Source: an uncultured Halioglobus sp.
Lineage (GTDB): Bacteria > Pseudomonadota > Gammaproteobacteria > Pseudomonadales > Halieaceae
Direction of reading: 5' to 3'
Length of the DNA stretch: 64,000 nucleotides
NCBI GenBank assembly: GCA_964461965.1
Contig: CAYWWD010000010.1
Coordinates: 18-64,017, forward strand
The notes under the pieces were generated by a model, which ran no database searches, was not told the DNA's origin, and saw nothing but the letters and a program-made list of their open reading frames with translations. Positions 48,858-58,975 of the stretch are shown here, piece after piece. Made by a program: the position numbers and the translations under genes. The stretch's first letter is position 1, and every line of letters begins with the position of its first letter.

Positions 48858-49838
48858 TTACAAGTCCACCGCGTGCACCAGTACCGGATAGATACTGCCC
48901 ATCGTGTACCCATTGAGATCGATGTAGTAGCTCTTCATGGTATTGATGCTGAACTTGGTCTTGGCCTGCGTCGGCGTGCCGTCGGAAAAATAATTCATAC
49001 GGACCGTCAAATCCGAGAGCCGGGATGAGTTGGGCGTGGCGGTCGCCAGCGTCTTGAAGCCGGCAGGATTGACCAGCGTGACATAAATCGTGCCGCTGCC
49101 GTCGCCATCCGGAACGATGTTGTAATTGGTCTGCACATACGGATTGTGATCCGAGGGCACCACCACGGGCATCACACCGTTCTTGAAAAACGAATCGTCG
49201 CTGTATTCGATCGCCAGGAATGCTCCGCCTACATTGTTCACGCCGGCGAGGCTATTGGGACGAACGACAAAACTGTTGGGCGTGTTGATATAGCCGACGA
49301 ACTGCCGGACAAAATCGACATCCTGGAGCGACGAACCTGCAATGATCTGGATCGGAATTGCATTGAGATTGCCCTCGATGGCGTTGGCAGTATTGGTCAA
49401 TTTGGGCGAGGTGACCGAGATGGTCGCCGCACCCACGGCCAGGGGTAGCGGCGAATTGTACTGGCCGGGATAGGTCAGTGGTGCCACGACAACCCAGCCG
49501 CCGTCGTACGGCACCATGCCGGTGAGCCCTACCAATGCATTGGTACCGTCGAAGCTGTAGGTGTTCACCTGCGCGGTGTAGTCGACATAGGACTTGTACA
49601 CATAGCGCGGTTCGAGCACGAACTGCTGGTTGTTGAAGTCGGTCAACGTGATCGTCAGGTCGCTGGGTTTGAGCGCTGCCGTGCCACCGGCATTGCGAAT
49701 CGCGCCACCGAGACCGATGACGATGTGATCCCCGGCCCGCGCATACCCCGGTGTGGTTTTGGTTTGTACACACCCCGACAGCCACGCCGCGGCGATCACC
49801 ATCAGGAGTATTTTCATCACGAAGATATTGGTATTCAT
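48858..49838 (-). CDS. Hypothetical lipoprotein, beta-rich (possible C-terminal cohesin-like domain)
   Basis: GGAG RBS 6 nt before ATG 49838; lipobox LSGC; all-beta composition rich in T/N/V/G. Confidence 0.65.
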   Translation of the reverse strand: MNTNIFVMKILLMVIAAAWLSGCVQTKTTPGYARAGDHIVIGLGGAIRNAGGTAALKPSDLTITLTDFNNQQFVLEPRYVYKSYVDYTAQVNTYSFDGTNALVGLTGMVPYDGGWVVVAPLTYPGQYNSPLPLAVGAATISVTSPKLTNTANAIEGNLNAIPIQIIAGSSLQDVDFVRQFVGYINTPNSFVVRPNSLAGVNNVGGAFLAIEYSDDSFFKNGVMPVVVPSDHNPYVQTNYNIVPDGDGSGTIYVTLVNPAGFKTLATATPNSSRLSDLTVRMNYFSDGTPTQAKTKFSINTMKSYYIDLNGYTMGSIYPVLVHAVDL

Positions 49839-50159
49839 GGCCATCTCCCGACGCACAGCCGTTCAACGTCTTGGGTAGAACACGATCACTGCGGATGCAG
49901 TGATGCGCCTTTCAATTATGGCCCATTCGCTGTCGCACGCAAATCCACCCGCGGCGATGAGACCACGCCCGGATATCCTTCAACATTTAAAATGTCAGGT
50001 CGATATTCCCGGTCGTTAAAACCAGGCGGGTTCTTATCGCTTTTCGATACCATCCAGTCGAGTAAGCGAGTATTGTCTGTGCGGGAGATAGCACCGTGGC
50101 AAGCCGACGCGTTGGCGCGGACCAGTGCACACATCATTCGCAACAGAAGGAAATCATGC

Positions 50160-51260
50160 ATGAGAGCAGCCGTATTCGAAGCATTGGGACAACCCATTCG
50201 GATCTACGACGACATCGAGATCATCGCCCCGCGCGCCGGCGAAGTGCGGGTCAAGGTCAAGTACTGCAGCGTCTGCCACTCCGACCTGAGCGTGGTGGAC
50301 GGCTCGCTCCCGGCGTTCGGCGCGGTCATCCTCGGCCATGAAGCATCGGGCGTCGTCGACGCCGTGGGTCCGGGCGTCACCCGCTTGCAGGTGGGCGATC
50401 ACGTAGTGCTGACTCCGGTGCCGCCCTGCGGCACCTGCTACTTCTGCATTCGCGGCGAGACCACGCTGTGTTCGAGCAACATCAGCCTGTATACCTCCGC
50501 GCTCACCGACGGCAACACCGGCCTGTCGCGCAAGGGCGAGGTCATCTATCGGGGCCTCGGTGTCGGCGCCTTCGCGGAGTACGCGATTACACAGGAGAAC
50601 GGCGCGGTGAAGATTTCCCGCGACGTGCCGCTGGAACTCGCCTGCCTGATGGGCTGCGCGCTGCAGACCGGTATCGGCTCTGTGCTGAATACCGCGCAAG
50701 TAGAGACCGGGGCTACCGTGGTGATCATGGGCCTTGGCGGCATCGGCATCGCCGCCGTGCAGGGCGCGAAACTGGCGGGCGCTGCCATCATCCTGGCCTC
50801 CGACCCGGTAGCCGAGCGCCGCGAGATCGCGAAGCGGTTCGGGGCGACCCACGTCATCGACCCGCTCAAGGAGGACATCGCACTGCGCTGCCGCGAACTC
50901 ACGGATAATATCGGCATGGACTATGCCTTCGAGACCGCCGGCATTGCCAAGCTCGTGGAAACCGGCATCGCGGTGACCCGCTCGGGCGGTACCACGGTGT
51001 GCGTGGGCGCCGCGCCGCTGGACCAGGGTATCGAAATCAACCCGCTGACGCTGTTCAGCAGCTGCGAGAAAAAACTGTGCGGCTGCCTGATGGGCAGTTG
51101 CAACTCGCTGCTGGAAATCCCACGCCTGGTCAGCCTGTGGAAGAACCAGAGACTTGATCTGGCCGGCATGGTGAGCAACACCCGCCCGCTGGAGGAAATC
51201 AACGAGGCGTTCGCCGACCTGAAAGCGGGCCGCGGCATACGCACAGTGCTGGCACTCTGA
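50160..51260 (+). CDS. Zn-dependent alcohol/aldehyde dehydrogenase (class III-like)
   Basis: VCHSD, LGHEASG, CGTCYFC..C structural Zn site, GLGGIG. Confidence 0.92.
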   Translation: MRAAVFEALGQPIRIYDDIEIIAPRAGEVRVKVKYCSVCHSDLSVVDGSLPAFGAVILGHEASGVVDAVGPGVTRLQVGDHVVLTPVPPCGTCYFCIRGETTLCSSNISLYTSALTDGNTGLSRKGEVIYRGLGVGAFAEYAITQENGAVKISRDVPLELACLMGCALQTGIGSVLNTAQVETGATVVIMGLGGIGIAAVQGAKLAGAAIILASDPVAERREIAKRFGATHVIDPLKEDIALRCRELTDNIGMDYAFETAGIAKLVETGIAVTRSGGTTVCVGAAPLDQGIEINPLTLFSSCEKKLCGCLMGSCNSLLEIPRLVSLWKNQRLDLAGMVSNTRPLEEINEAFADLKAGRGIRTVLAL

Positions 51261-51273
51261 GCAGTACCGCCTC

Positions 51274-52734
51274 ATGCCAGAGTCCAGCTACACAAGGTGC
51301 ATCATCGTCGGCAGCGGCTTTTCCGGCATCTGCATGGCGATCAAACTCAAGCAGGCGGGGATCGACGATTTTCTCCTGCTTGAGAAAGCGGGCGACCTCG
51401 GCGGCACCTGGCGGGACAATCACTATCCGGGCGCGGAATGCGATGTGCCATCGGCACTCTACAGTTACTCCTTCGAAACCAGGACCGACTGGGACTACCA
51501 GTGGTCGGAGCAGCCACAGATACTCGAATACATCCGCAAGACCGCCCGCAAACACGGGATCCTGTCACACATTCGCTTCGACAGTGAATTGACAGACGCC
51601 ACCTACGACACAGCGCACAGCCGCTGGCATCTCACACTCGCCAGCGACGACACGCTGTCAGCGCAGTTCCTGATCAGCGCCGTCGGACAACTGCACAAAC
51701 CCCGCATCCCGGACATTCCCGGTGCAGCGTCATTCCGGGGCGCGCAATTTCACTCCGCCCAATGGGACCACGGCGTCGCGCTGGACGGCAAGTCCGTGGC
51801 TGTCATCGGCAATGCCGCCAGCGCAACCCAGTTCGTGCCGGTGGTAGCGGCGCGGGCCGCGCGCCTCACAGTGTTCCAGCGCAGCGCCAACTGGGTCTCG
51901 CGCAAGCTCGATCGCCGTTACACCGAGCGGGAAAAAGCCTTCATGCGCAGGTTCCCGTTCACCCGACGACTGGCACGCCTGAAAATTTACCTGCGCAATG
52001 AACTGCTGGTCTTCCCCGCGCTCAAAGGCAATCGGCTCTGCCAATGGCTGCTCCGGCAGGCCTGCCTGGCGTACCTAAACAGCACCGTCAAGGATACAGC
52101 CCTGCGTCGCAAGCTGCTTCCGGACTATCCCGTGGGCGCAAAGCGTGTGCTGGTGGTCGAGGGCTACTACGAAGCGCTGGTGCGCGACAACGTCGCGCTG
52201 GTGACCGACACTATCGACGCCATCACGGAAACAGGCATTCGCACAAGCGCGGGCGAGCACTACGCCTGTGACGTCATTGTTTACGGCACCGGGTTTGTGA
52301 CCAATCCTTTCCTCGACGGCATTCGCATTACCGGTCGCACCGGTGCGGCGCTCGCGCAGCACTGGGCGAACGGCGCCCAGGCCTACCTCGGCATTGCCAC
52401 CGCCGAGTTCCCCAATCTGTTCTTCCTGTATGGGCCAAACACCAACCTCGGACACAACTCCATCCTGTTGATGGCGGAGGCGCAGGCCAACTACATCCTG
52501 CAGGCGATCGCGGCGGTCGACCGGCAGCGAGGTTCTACCGTAGAGGTGCGCGGGGAAATCGAAGCGCAATACAACCGCGTCTTGCAGTCGCGGCTGCGCG
52601 GCATGGTGTGGAACTGCGTGGCGGACAGCTGGTACAAAAGCGGAGGGCGCATCACCAACAACTGGCCGGGCAGCGTCGGTGAGTATCGCCGCGCCACACG
52701 TCGCTTTCACGCCGGGGATTTCTCTGTGAGCTAG
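51274..52734 (+). CDS. Flavin-containing monooxygenase (Baeyer-Villiger type)
   Basis: GSGFSG, GGTWRDNHYPGAECDVPS, fingerprint FRGAQFHSAQWD. Confidence 0.9.
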   Translation: MPESSYTRCIIVGSGFSGICMAIKLKQAGIDDFLLLEKAGDLGGTWRDNHYPGAECDVPSALYSYSFETRTDWDYQWSEQPQILEYIRKTARKHGILSHIRFDSELTDATYDTAHSRWHLTLASDDTLSAQFLISAVGQLHKPRIPDIPGAASFRGAQFHSAQWDHGVALDGKSVAVIGNAASATQFVPVVAARAARLTVFQRSANWVSRKLDRRYTEREKAFMRRFPFTRRLARLKIYLRNELLVFPALKGNRLCQWLLRQACLAYLNSTVKDTALRRKLLPDYPVGAKRVLVVEGYYEALVRDNVALVTDTIDAITETGIRTSAGEHYACDVIVYGTGFVTNPFLDGIRITGRTGAALAQHWANGAQAYLGIATAEFPNLFFLYGPNTNLGHNSILLMAEAQANYILQAIAAVDRQRGSTVEVRGEIEAQYNRVLQSRLRGMVWNCVADSWYKSGGRITNNWPGSVGEYRRATRRFHAGDFSVS

Positions 52735-52741
52735 CAGCGCG

Positions 52742-53275
52742 CTAGCGATTGACCGTGAGGATGACCAGCGTGGGCGTGTCGATCAGGCCGAGGGTGTAGT
52801 TGCCTTTGATCCAGCCACGCCGCCTGGAATGGCTCCAGCCCTCCTGCTCCGCCGGGCTTGCACCGTGGTCCGGTGGACCGTATTGACCCTCCAGATACCG
52901 CGCCACCACTTCGAGTTCGCCCTCGAATTCAAACACGATGCGCGTCAATTGTGCGGAGTCAGCCGGCGCCTCCATACCGATGCGCGTGATCGGTTGCGCG
53001 CCGATTGCGAGCCCAGGATGCGCCGCAGGCGACGGCGCCGAACCCTCACCGGCGGGCTCGCCGGCGGACGTAAACACACACTGGGCGCTGACACCCTCGC
53101 CCGTCTTTCGCGGCGGTTTGACGCGGCACTGCCCGCCCAGCGCTTCAACCGCAGCTTTGGCGTCGGCAAACACCTGATCGGTGTCCAGGCCGTTGATCAC
53201 AAACGGCGGCTGTGCCAAGGTCGCAGACGCGGATACCAGCAGCACTGCGCTCATCAGAAATTGCGTACATCGCAT
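52742..53275 (-). CDS. Hypothetical exported protein
   Basis: Signal-like LLVSASATLA; ORF fills the gap between flanking genes; no recognised motif. Confidence 0.5.
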   Translation of the reverse strand: MRCTQFLMSAVLLVSASATLAQPPFVINGLDTDQVFADAKAAVEALGGQCRVKPPRKTGEGVSAQCVFTSAGEPAGEGSAPSPAAHPGLAIGAQPITRIGMEAPADSAQLTRIVFEFEGELEVVARYLEGQYGPPDHGASPAEQEGWSHSRRRGWIKGNYTLGLIDTPTLVILTVNR

Positions 53276-53451
53276 GGCTAACCTCTTCGCTGCCGGTGAC
53301 AACGGCACCACGCCGGTCGCGCTCGTCGGGATGGACAGCATATACGAGCCCAGTTGCGCCGCAAACGGTGTGCGGTTAGTGCTCCTCGCCGGATGCAATT
53401 CGCGCAAGACACATTACACTGGCAACCTTCCTCTTCCACAAGGCGTGACCA

Positions 53452-54717
53452 TTGGCTTCGCAGCGTCTCCCTGCGGTTTACATCCGGCTGTTGAACCGCA
53501 TCGGCCGGCTACTTGAGCACGTGCGCATCAGCCAACCCGAGTTGTGCTCACAGCGGCTGCAGCAACACGCCGAACGCAGGACGGGGCTGCATGAGTGGGG
53601 CGATGCCGCAGCCTTGATCGGCCTCGACCGGCTCACAACGGCGCTGCGCGCGCAGGCGAACCTCTCACAGATCGGCCGCATCACTGCCTATTTCAACCTG
53701 TTGGATCACCTGAGTGTCCGCCTGCGACTGATCGACTACCGCGCGCGACGACCCGAAGTTTGCGGGCAAGTGATCCGCCAGCCGGTGTTCATCCTCGGCC
53801 TGCCGCGCACGGGCACCACCATCCTGTATGAGTTGATCGCGCAGGACCCTGCGTTCCGCGCGCCGGCGACCTGGGAGGTCGCGCGCCCCTTACCGCCCCC
53901 AACGGCAGCGAGTTACACGGGTGACGCGCGCATCGACGCGGTCGAGCGGCTGCTGCGACTGATGGAAAAACTTGCGCCCGGTTTCCAGGCGATCCATGCC
54001 ATCGGCGCCCGGCTGCCACAGGAGTGTGTGTACATGATGGCGTCGTCATTCCAGAGCGAACAGTTCAGCTACATGTTCGATATCCCCGATTACCGGGACT
54101 GGGTGTTACGGCAGGATATGACCCCCGCCTACCAGTGGCATGCCCGCTTCCTGCAGCACCTGCAGGTGGATCAGGCGCCCGCACGCTGGCTGCTCAAGAC
54201 GCCCGCCCACCTCGCATGCCTGCCCTTCCTGCTCGCGCAGTATCCGGATGCTTCTATCATCTGGACGCACCGGCGGCCGCTGGACGCCATCGCATCATTC
54301 TCCAGCCTTGCTCACACACTGCGCGGCGGGTTCTGCCGCACAGTCGATCCGGTGACTACGGGTGAGCAGGAGTTTCGCCATTTTTCCACCGTGGTGCAGC
54401 TTGGAATGGACGACCGGCGCGAGCTGGATCGCGGCCAGTTCTTCGATGTGGGTTTTGATGCCATCTGCGCCGATCCTATGGCCGTGGTGGCGTCTATCTA
54501 CCACCGTTTCGACTGGCCGCTCTCACACACGGCAGAAGCCCGCATGCGCGCCTACCTGCAACGCCATCCCCGGCACCTGTACGGTGAACACTGTTACTCG
54601 CCTGCGGAATTCGGCCTCGATGCCGCCAGCGAGATCCGCAGCTTCGGCGGGTATCTCTCGCAGTACGATGAGTACCTCAGCGAGCAGGCATTCCCGCCGG
54701 GCGCCCAATGTCTATAG
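53452..54717 (+). CDS. Sulfotransferase (Stf/Sulfotransfer_3 type)
   Basis: GLPRTGTTIL, PQEC, WLLKTPAHL, THRRP motifs. Confidence 0.88.
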   Translation: MASQRLPAVYIRLLNRIGRLLEHVRISQPELCSQRLQQHAERRTGLHEWGDAAALIGLDRLTTALRAQANLSQIGRITAYFNLLDHLSVRLRLIDYRARRPEVCGQVIRQPVFILGLPRTGTTILYELIAQDPAFRAPATWEVARPLPPPTAASYTGDARIDAVERLLRLMEKLAPGFQAIHAIGARLPQECVYMMASSFQSEQFSYMFDIPDYRDWVLRQDMTPAYQWHARFLQHLQVDQAPARWLLKTPAHLACLPFLLAQYPDASIIWTHRRPLDAIASFSSLAHTLRGGFCRTVDPVTTGEQEFRHFSTVVQLGMDDRRELDRGQFFDVGFDAICADPMAVVASIYHRFDWPLSHTAEARMRAYLQRHPRHLYGEHCYSPAEFGLDAASEIRSFGGYLSQYDEYLSEQAFPPGAQCL

Positions 54718-55116
54718 ATAGAGGGCGAACAGCCGCATCCGTACCCGGCAAGTGACAGGTTTTTTTACAGTCCGCGCATCCGCTCACTTGGTGCAATTCA
54801 GATACTTCCCTGTAAATCAATAAGATACGGGGAAAAGGTATAAATATTGCGTACTTTCATAAACGTTCGTTTAAGACGGGACGGGAATGCGGCAGTTGCA
54901 GGCAGGTCAATTTCCAAGCCAGCGTGCGATGCGTCCGGCCCTGTACAGCGTAAAGCTATTGCTCGCTATATTTTTTTGGCCGGTAGCTGTTTGCGGTTTG
55001 ACGACTGTGCTAGCCTGCCGCTTCCTGCAGCTTAAACGAACGCTTATAACAACACGCCTGGTCCGCCGCAGGTATGGCGCCATGTGCGACTGGCAGATCA
55101 GCCGAGGAATCTTCCC

Positions 55117-58086
55117 ATGCTATACAACCGATCAACTCTTCGTTCACGCTTTAACCTGACAAGCGCCTTATTTACCTGCCTGACAGCACTGGCGGGCATA
55201 GCGGGCGTCGCCCTGCCAGCGCACGCGCAGCGCACCTTCGTCGAGTTTGAAAGCGGTCCCGTCCGGCCGGTTGCACTGACGCCGGACGGTAACACGCTGC
55301 TGGCAGTCAATACGCCCGACAATCGCCTGGAAGTGTTCTCGGTGCAGGATGGCAAGCTGACGGCAACGGATTCCATCCCGGTGGGCATGGAGCCGGTATC
55401 AGTCGCCGCGCGTAGCAACAGTGAAGTCTGGGTGGTCAACCATCTGTCGGACAGCGTGAGCATCATCGACCTTTCCGCGACGCCGGCGAAAGTCGTGCGC
55501 ACGCTGCTGGTGGGCGACGAACCGCGCGATATCGTGTTCGCCGGTACCGGCTTCAACCGCGCGTTCATCACCACTGCGCATCGCGGACAGCAGCGTTCAG
55601 ATCCTTCGATTGCCGCGGTACCCGGCGCCGGCGGGCCGCAATTGACCACCGAGGGTATTGGCCGCGCGGACGTGTGGGTCTTCGATGGCAACAACCTCGG
55701 TACCACTCTCGGCGGCACGCCGCTGCGGATTATGAGCTTCTTTGCCGATACCCCGCGCGGCCTGGCCGTGACACCCGACGGCGGTACGGTGTACGTCGCG
55801 GCCTTCCAGTCGGGCAACCAGACCACCGTCATCAATGAAGTGCAGGTGCCCAACGGTTTCGGTGCCAACGGCGCTTTCGGACCGGCCAACAACTGCTGGC
55901 AAAACGATGCCGACCCGGCCTGCGAACAAAGCGTCGCCGCGCCAGAAGTGGGGGTAATCGCGAAATTCAACGGCACCAACTGGGTTGACCAGCAAGGCAC
56001 CAACTGGAACAGCCAGGTGAAATTCAGCCTGCCGGACCGCGATGTTTTCGCTGTTAATGCCAACACCCTGGCGCCAGGCGCCGTCTACACCAGCGTCGGC
56101 ACCATCCTCTTCAATATGGCGGTGAACCCGGTCACCGGCAAGGTGTATGTCACCAACACCGAACTGCCGAACCACATCAACTTTGAAGGGCCCGGCATCT
56201 TCGGCGGCAGCACTGTGCAGGGCCACCTCTCCGAGTCGCGCATCACCGTCCTCAACCCCGTCGGCGCGACCAAGGACGTGCAGCACCTGAACCAGCACAT
56301 CGATTACAGCCAGCGCCACACCAACCCTGGCGCCGATCACGCGGCGATCAACGCGCAGGCGGCCCACAGCCTGGCGACGCCATTGCAGCCGGTGGTTTCG
56401 GCCGACGGCACCAAACTGTATGTGGCAGCATTTGGTTCGGGCAAGATCGGCGTATTCGATGTTGCGGACATTGAAGATCCGAACTTCGAAAGCAATTTTG
56501 ACCCCACCACGGAAAGCGCCAACTACATCGCCGTGGGCGGTGGCCCCGCCGGCATGGTGCTGGATGAGTCGGACGAGTTGAACAAACGTCTCTACGTACT
56601 CACCCGGTTCGGCAACCAGATCGAGGTTGTCGACCTGAACACCAATGCCGTGGTGGAAACACACGCCATGCACAACCCGGAACCGCCCGAGGTCGTGCAG
56701 GGTCGCCCCTTCCTGTACGATGCGCTCGCGACGTCGGCCAACGGCGAAACGTCCTGCTCGAGCTGCCATATCTTTGGCGACATGGACCAGCTCGCCTGGA
56801 ACCTGGGCAATCCGGACGACCGCACCTCCACCAGCAACCAGCCACAGGCCACCATTCTCGCCGGCCAGGGCACCCTGCACCCGATGAAAGGTCCCATGAC
56901 TACGCAGACCCTGCGCGGCATGGCGACGCACGGCGGTCTGCACTGGCGCGGTGACCGCGTCGACGGCTTCTTCGGCACCGATCCCTGCGCAGAACCCACA
57001 GGTGCGGCCTGCTCCGAAGACCTGTCGTTCCGCAACTTCATCGTCGCCTTTGAGGGACTGGTCGGCAAGGAGGGCACCATCACCCCGGCTGAAATGCAGC
57101 AGTTTACGGATTTCGCGCTGCAGATCATGCTCCCACCCAACCCGATCCGCCCGCTGAACAATACGCTGTCCGGTCTGGTCACTCCGGGCTTGCCCAACAG
57201 TGCCACCAACCCCAGCGCACAGCTGGGGCTGGCACGGTTCAACGGCGCCGCCACTGACACCGTGGCCAACTGCAACGGCTGCCACACGCTGGACCCCGCG
57301 AATGGTTTCTTCGGTACGGGTGGCGACCAGAGCTTCGAGGGTGAAACCCAGCACTTCAAGGTTGCGCACATGCGCAACGACTACCACAAGGTGGGCATGT
57401 TCGGCTCTTCCACCCAGAGTACGAACACCGGCGAGCAGATTCGCGGTTTCGGCATCCTGCATGACGGTTCGATCGACACGGTACGCAACTTCCTGACGGC
57501 AAGCGTGTTCACGCTCAACACGACGGATGAGGCCAATCTGGAGGCTTTCACCTTTGAGTTCCCCTCGGATCTTGCGCCCATCGTCGGCCAACAGATCACA
57601 CTCACCGCCACCAACGGCGCCGTCACCAATCCGCGCATCGATCTGTTGATCCAGCGCGCGAATGCCAACTTCACCTCGCTGATGATGGGCGGCACTGTGA
57701 AGGAATGCGATCTGATCGTGAAGGGATCGGTCGACGGGGTGGAGCGCGGCGCCGTGCGCGAGGCCAGCGGGCAGTTCCGCACGGACAAGAACGAGCTCTT
57801 CTCCGACACCACCATACGCTCGCTCGCGACCTCCCAGGGGCCCCTGACGTACACCTGTGCTCCTCCCGGCTCAGGCGTCCGTATGGGCATCGACCGGGAT
57901 CTGGACGCGGACCTCGATGGCCTGGACAACTGCCCGGCCGCCGCCAACGCCGATCAGGTGGACGACGACAACGATGGCGTGGGCTCAGCCTGCGACAACT
58001 GTCCGTTGATCCCGAACCCTGACCAGCTGGATTCCAACAGCGATGGCAGGGGCGATCTCTGCCAGGACCTGCCGCCGGGCTGCTGA
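55117..58086 (+). CDS. Secreted YVTN/YncE-type beta-propeller + diheme c-type cytochrome + TSP3-repeat protein ending LPPGC
   Basis: Signal ending AHA; propeller repeats ([29 protein letters not shown]); CSSCH and CNGCH heme motifs; DNCP..NADQ.D.D.DGVGSAC TSP3 repeats. Confidence 0.85.
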   Translation: MLYNRSTLRSRFNLTSALFTCLTALAGIAGVALPAHAQRTFVEFESGPVRPVALTPDGNTLLAVNTPDNRLEVFSVQDGKLTATDSIPVGMEPVSVAARSNSEVWVVNHLSDSVSIIDLSATPAKVVRTLLVGDEPRDIVFAGTGFNRAFITTAHRGQQRSDPSIAAVPGAGGPQLTTEGIGRADVWVFDGNNLGTTLGGTPLRIMSFFADTPRGLAVTPDGGTVYVAAFQSGNQTTVINEVQVPNGFGANGAFGPANNCWQNDADPACEQSVAAPEVGVIAKFNGTNWVDQQGTNWNSQVKFSLPDRDVFAVNANTLAPGAVYTSVGTILFNMAVNPVTGKVYVTNTELPNHINFEGPGIFGGSTVQGHLSESRITVLNPVGATKDVQHLNQHIDYSQRHTNPGADHAAINAQAAHSLATPLQPVVSADGTKLYVAAFGSGKIGVFDVADIEDPNFESNFDPTTESANYIAVGGGPAGMVLDESDELNKRLYVLTRFGNQIEVVDLNTNAVVETHAMHNPEPPEVVQGRPFLYDALATSANGETSCSSCHIFGDMDQLAWNLGNPDDRTSTSNQPQATILAGQGTLHPMKGPMTTQTLRGMATHGGLHWRGDRVDGFFGTDPCAEPTGAACSEDLSFRNFIVAFEGLVGKEGTITPAEMQQFTDFALQIMLPPNPIRPLNNTLSGLVTPGLPNSATNPSAQLGLARFNGAATDTVANCNGCHTLDPANGFFGTGGDQSFEGETQHFKVAHMRNDYHKVGMFGSSTQSTNTGEQIRGFGILHDGSIDTVRNFLTASVFTLNTTDEANLEAFTFEFPSDLAPIVGQQITLTATNGAVTNPRIDLLIQRANANFTSLMMGGTVKECDLIVKGSVDGVERGAVREASGQFRTDKNELFSDTTIRSLATSQGPLTYTCAPPGSGVRMGIDRDLDADLDGLDNCPAAANADQVDDDNDGVGSACDNCPLIPNPDQLDSNSDGRGDLCQDLPPGC

Positions 58087-58162
58087 CACCCGGCTTCCGG
58101 GAAACCGCGCCCCGTTCTAGAATTGGGGCGCGTATTCCCGCTCACTACACGCGAGTCCTGCC

Positions 58163-58948
58163 ATGTACCCCAACGGCCTGTTTGGTTTTGACGCGCTCAG
58201 GTTGTTGATCACACCCATCGTGCTGTTTGGAATAGCGTTCTTCTCGCTGTACCTGCGCCAGGAGGGGATACGCACCGGACGCACGGTGCTCCTGTTGCTC
58301 CTGATCGGCGTGGTGGCCTTCCTGGGCGCCAAGGTGTTCTCGCTATACGTTCGCAACTGGCAACCCTACCTTCCGCTCTCGGTGGAATGGCGCAGCGGGT
58401 TGCGCTATCCCGGCGGACTCCTCGCCATGGTGTTGTTTGCGCCATTGCTGAAGCGCTGGCTATTGCCAGAACTGCCATTGGCGCGCTTCCTGGATGTGCT
58501 CGCAATCACCGTCTGTTTTTCGTTTGCACTGGTGCGTATCAGTTGCCTGCTGAACGGCTGCTGCACCGGCGGGCAGTGCACCGACTTTTACTGCCTCTCC
58601 TACGCGCCGGGCAGCCAGGCCTGGTACACCCAGTTGAAGGCAGGCGAACTGGCTGCAGGGATGGACCACAGCCATCCGGTGCTGCCGTTGCACCTGTTGT
58701 TCATGGCCGCGTCATTCACTGTGGGCGTGTTTCTCATGTGGTTCGACGGAAAGCGGACGTTCAACGGGCAGATCGCCCTGCTCTACCTCGTGCTGCACGA
58801 CGGCGCGAAAGGTTTGCTGGAATCCCTGCGGGAACCCTACCTCGCGCAACTGCAGATCACTTCACTGACAATCAGCGCGACCGGCCTTGCGGTGTTGCTC
58901 TTCGTCCTGTTTCTGCGCCGCAGGGGGGCAAAAGCGGCGGCGCAGTGA
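58163..58948 (+). CDS. Divergent prolipoprotein diacylglyceryl transferase (Lgt) family protein
   Basis: 7 TM pattern; GAKVFS, SGLRYPGG, VRISCLLNGCCTG, YLVLHDGAKGLLESLREP align to Lgt motifs but several canonical residues are changed. Confidence 0.75.
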   Translation: MYPNGLFGFDALRLLITPIVLFGIAFFSLYLRQEGIRTGRTVLLLLLIGVVAFLGAKVFSLYVRNWQPYLPLSVEWRSGLRYPGGLLAMVLFAPLLKRWLLPELPLARFLDVLAITVCFSFALVRISCLLNGCCTGGQCTDFYCLSYAPGSQAWYTQLKAGELAAGMDHSHPVLPLHLLFMAASFTVGVFLMWFDGKRTFNGQIALLYLVLHDGAKGLLESLREPYLAQLQITSLTISATGLAVLLFVLFLRRRGAKAAAQ

Positions 58949-58975
58949 ATGTACGCAGGCGGAGGTGATTACTGC

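Noticed and set aside
54781-54880. AT-rich stretch with an ATCAA half-site as an FNR box or sRNA
   Set aside because: Only a half-site is present, with no convincing hairpin or terminator; treated as an ordinary promoter region.
55597-57591. Long antisense ORF (664 aa), and similar ones at 17673-19571 (5' part), 22310-23809, 25010-26374, 41485-42891 and 758-1948
   Set aside because: Shadow or out-of-frame ORFs of clearly recognisable genes in GC-rich DNA; low-complexity Arg/Ala/Gly translations with no motifs.
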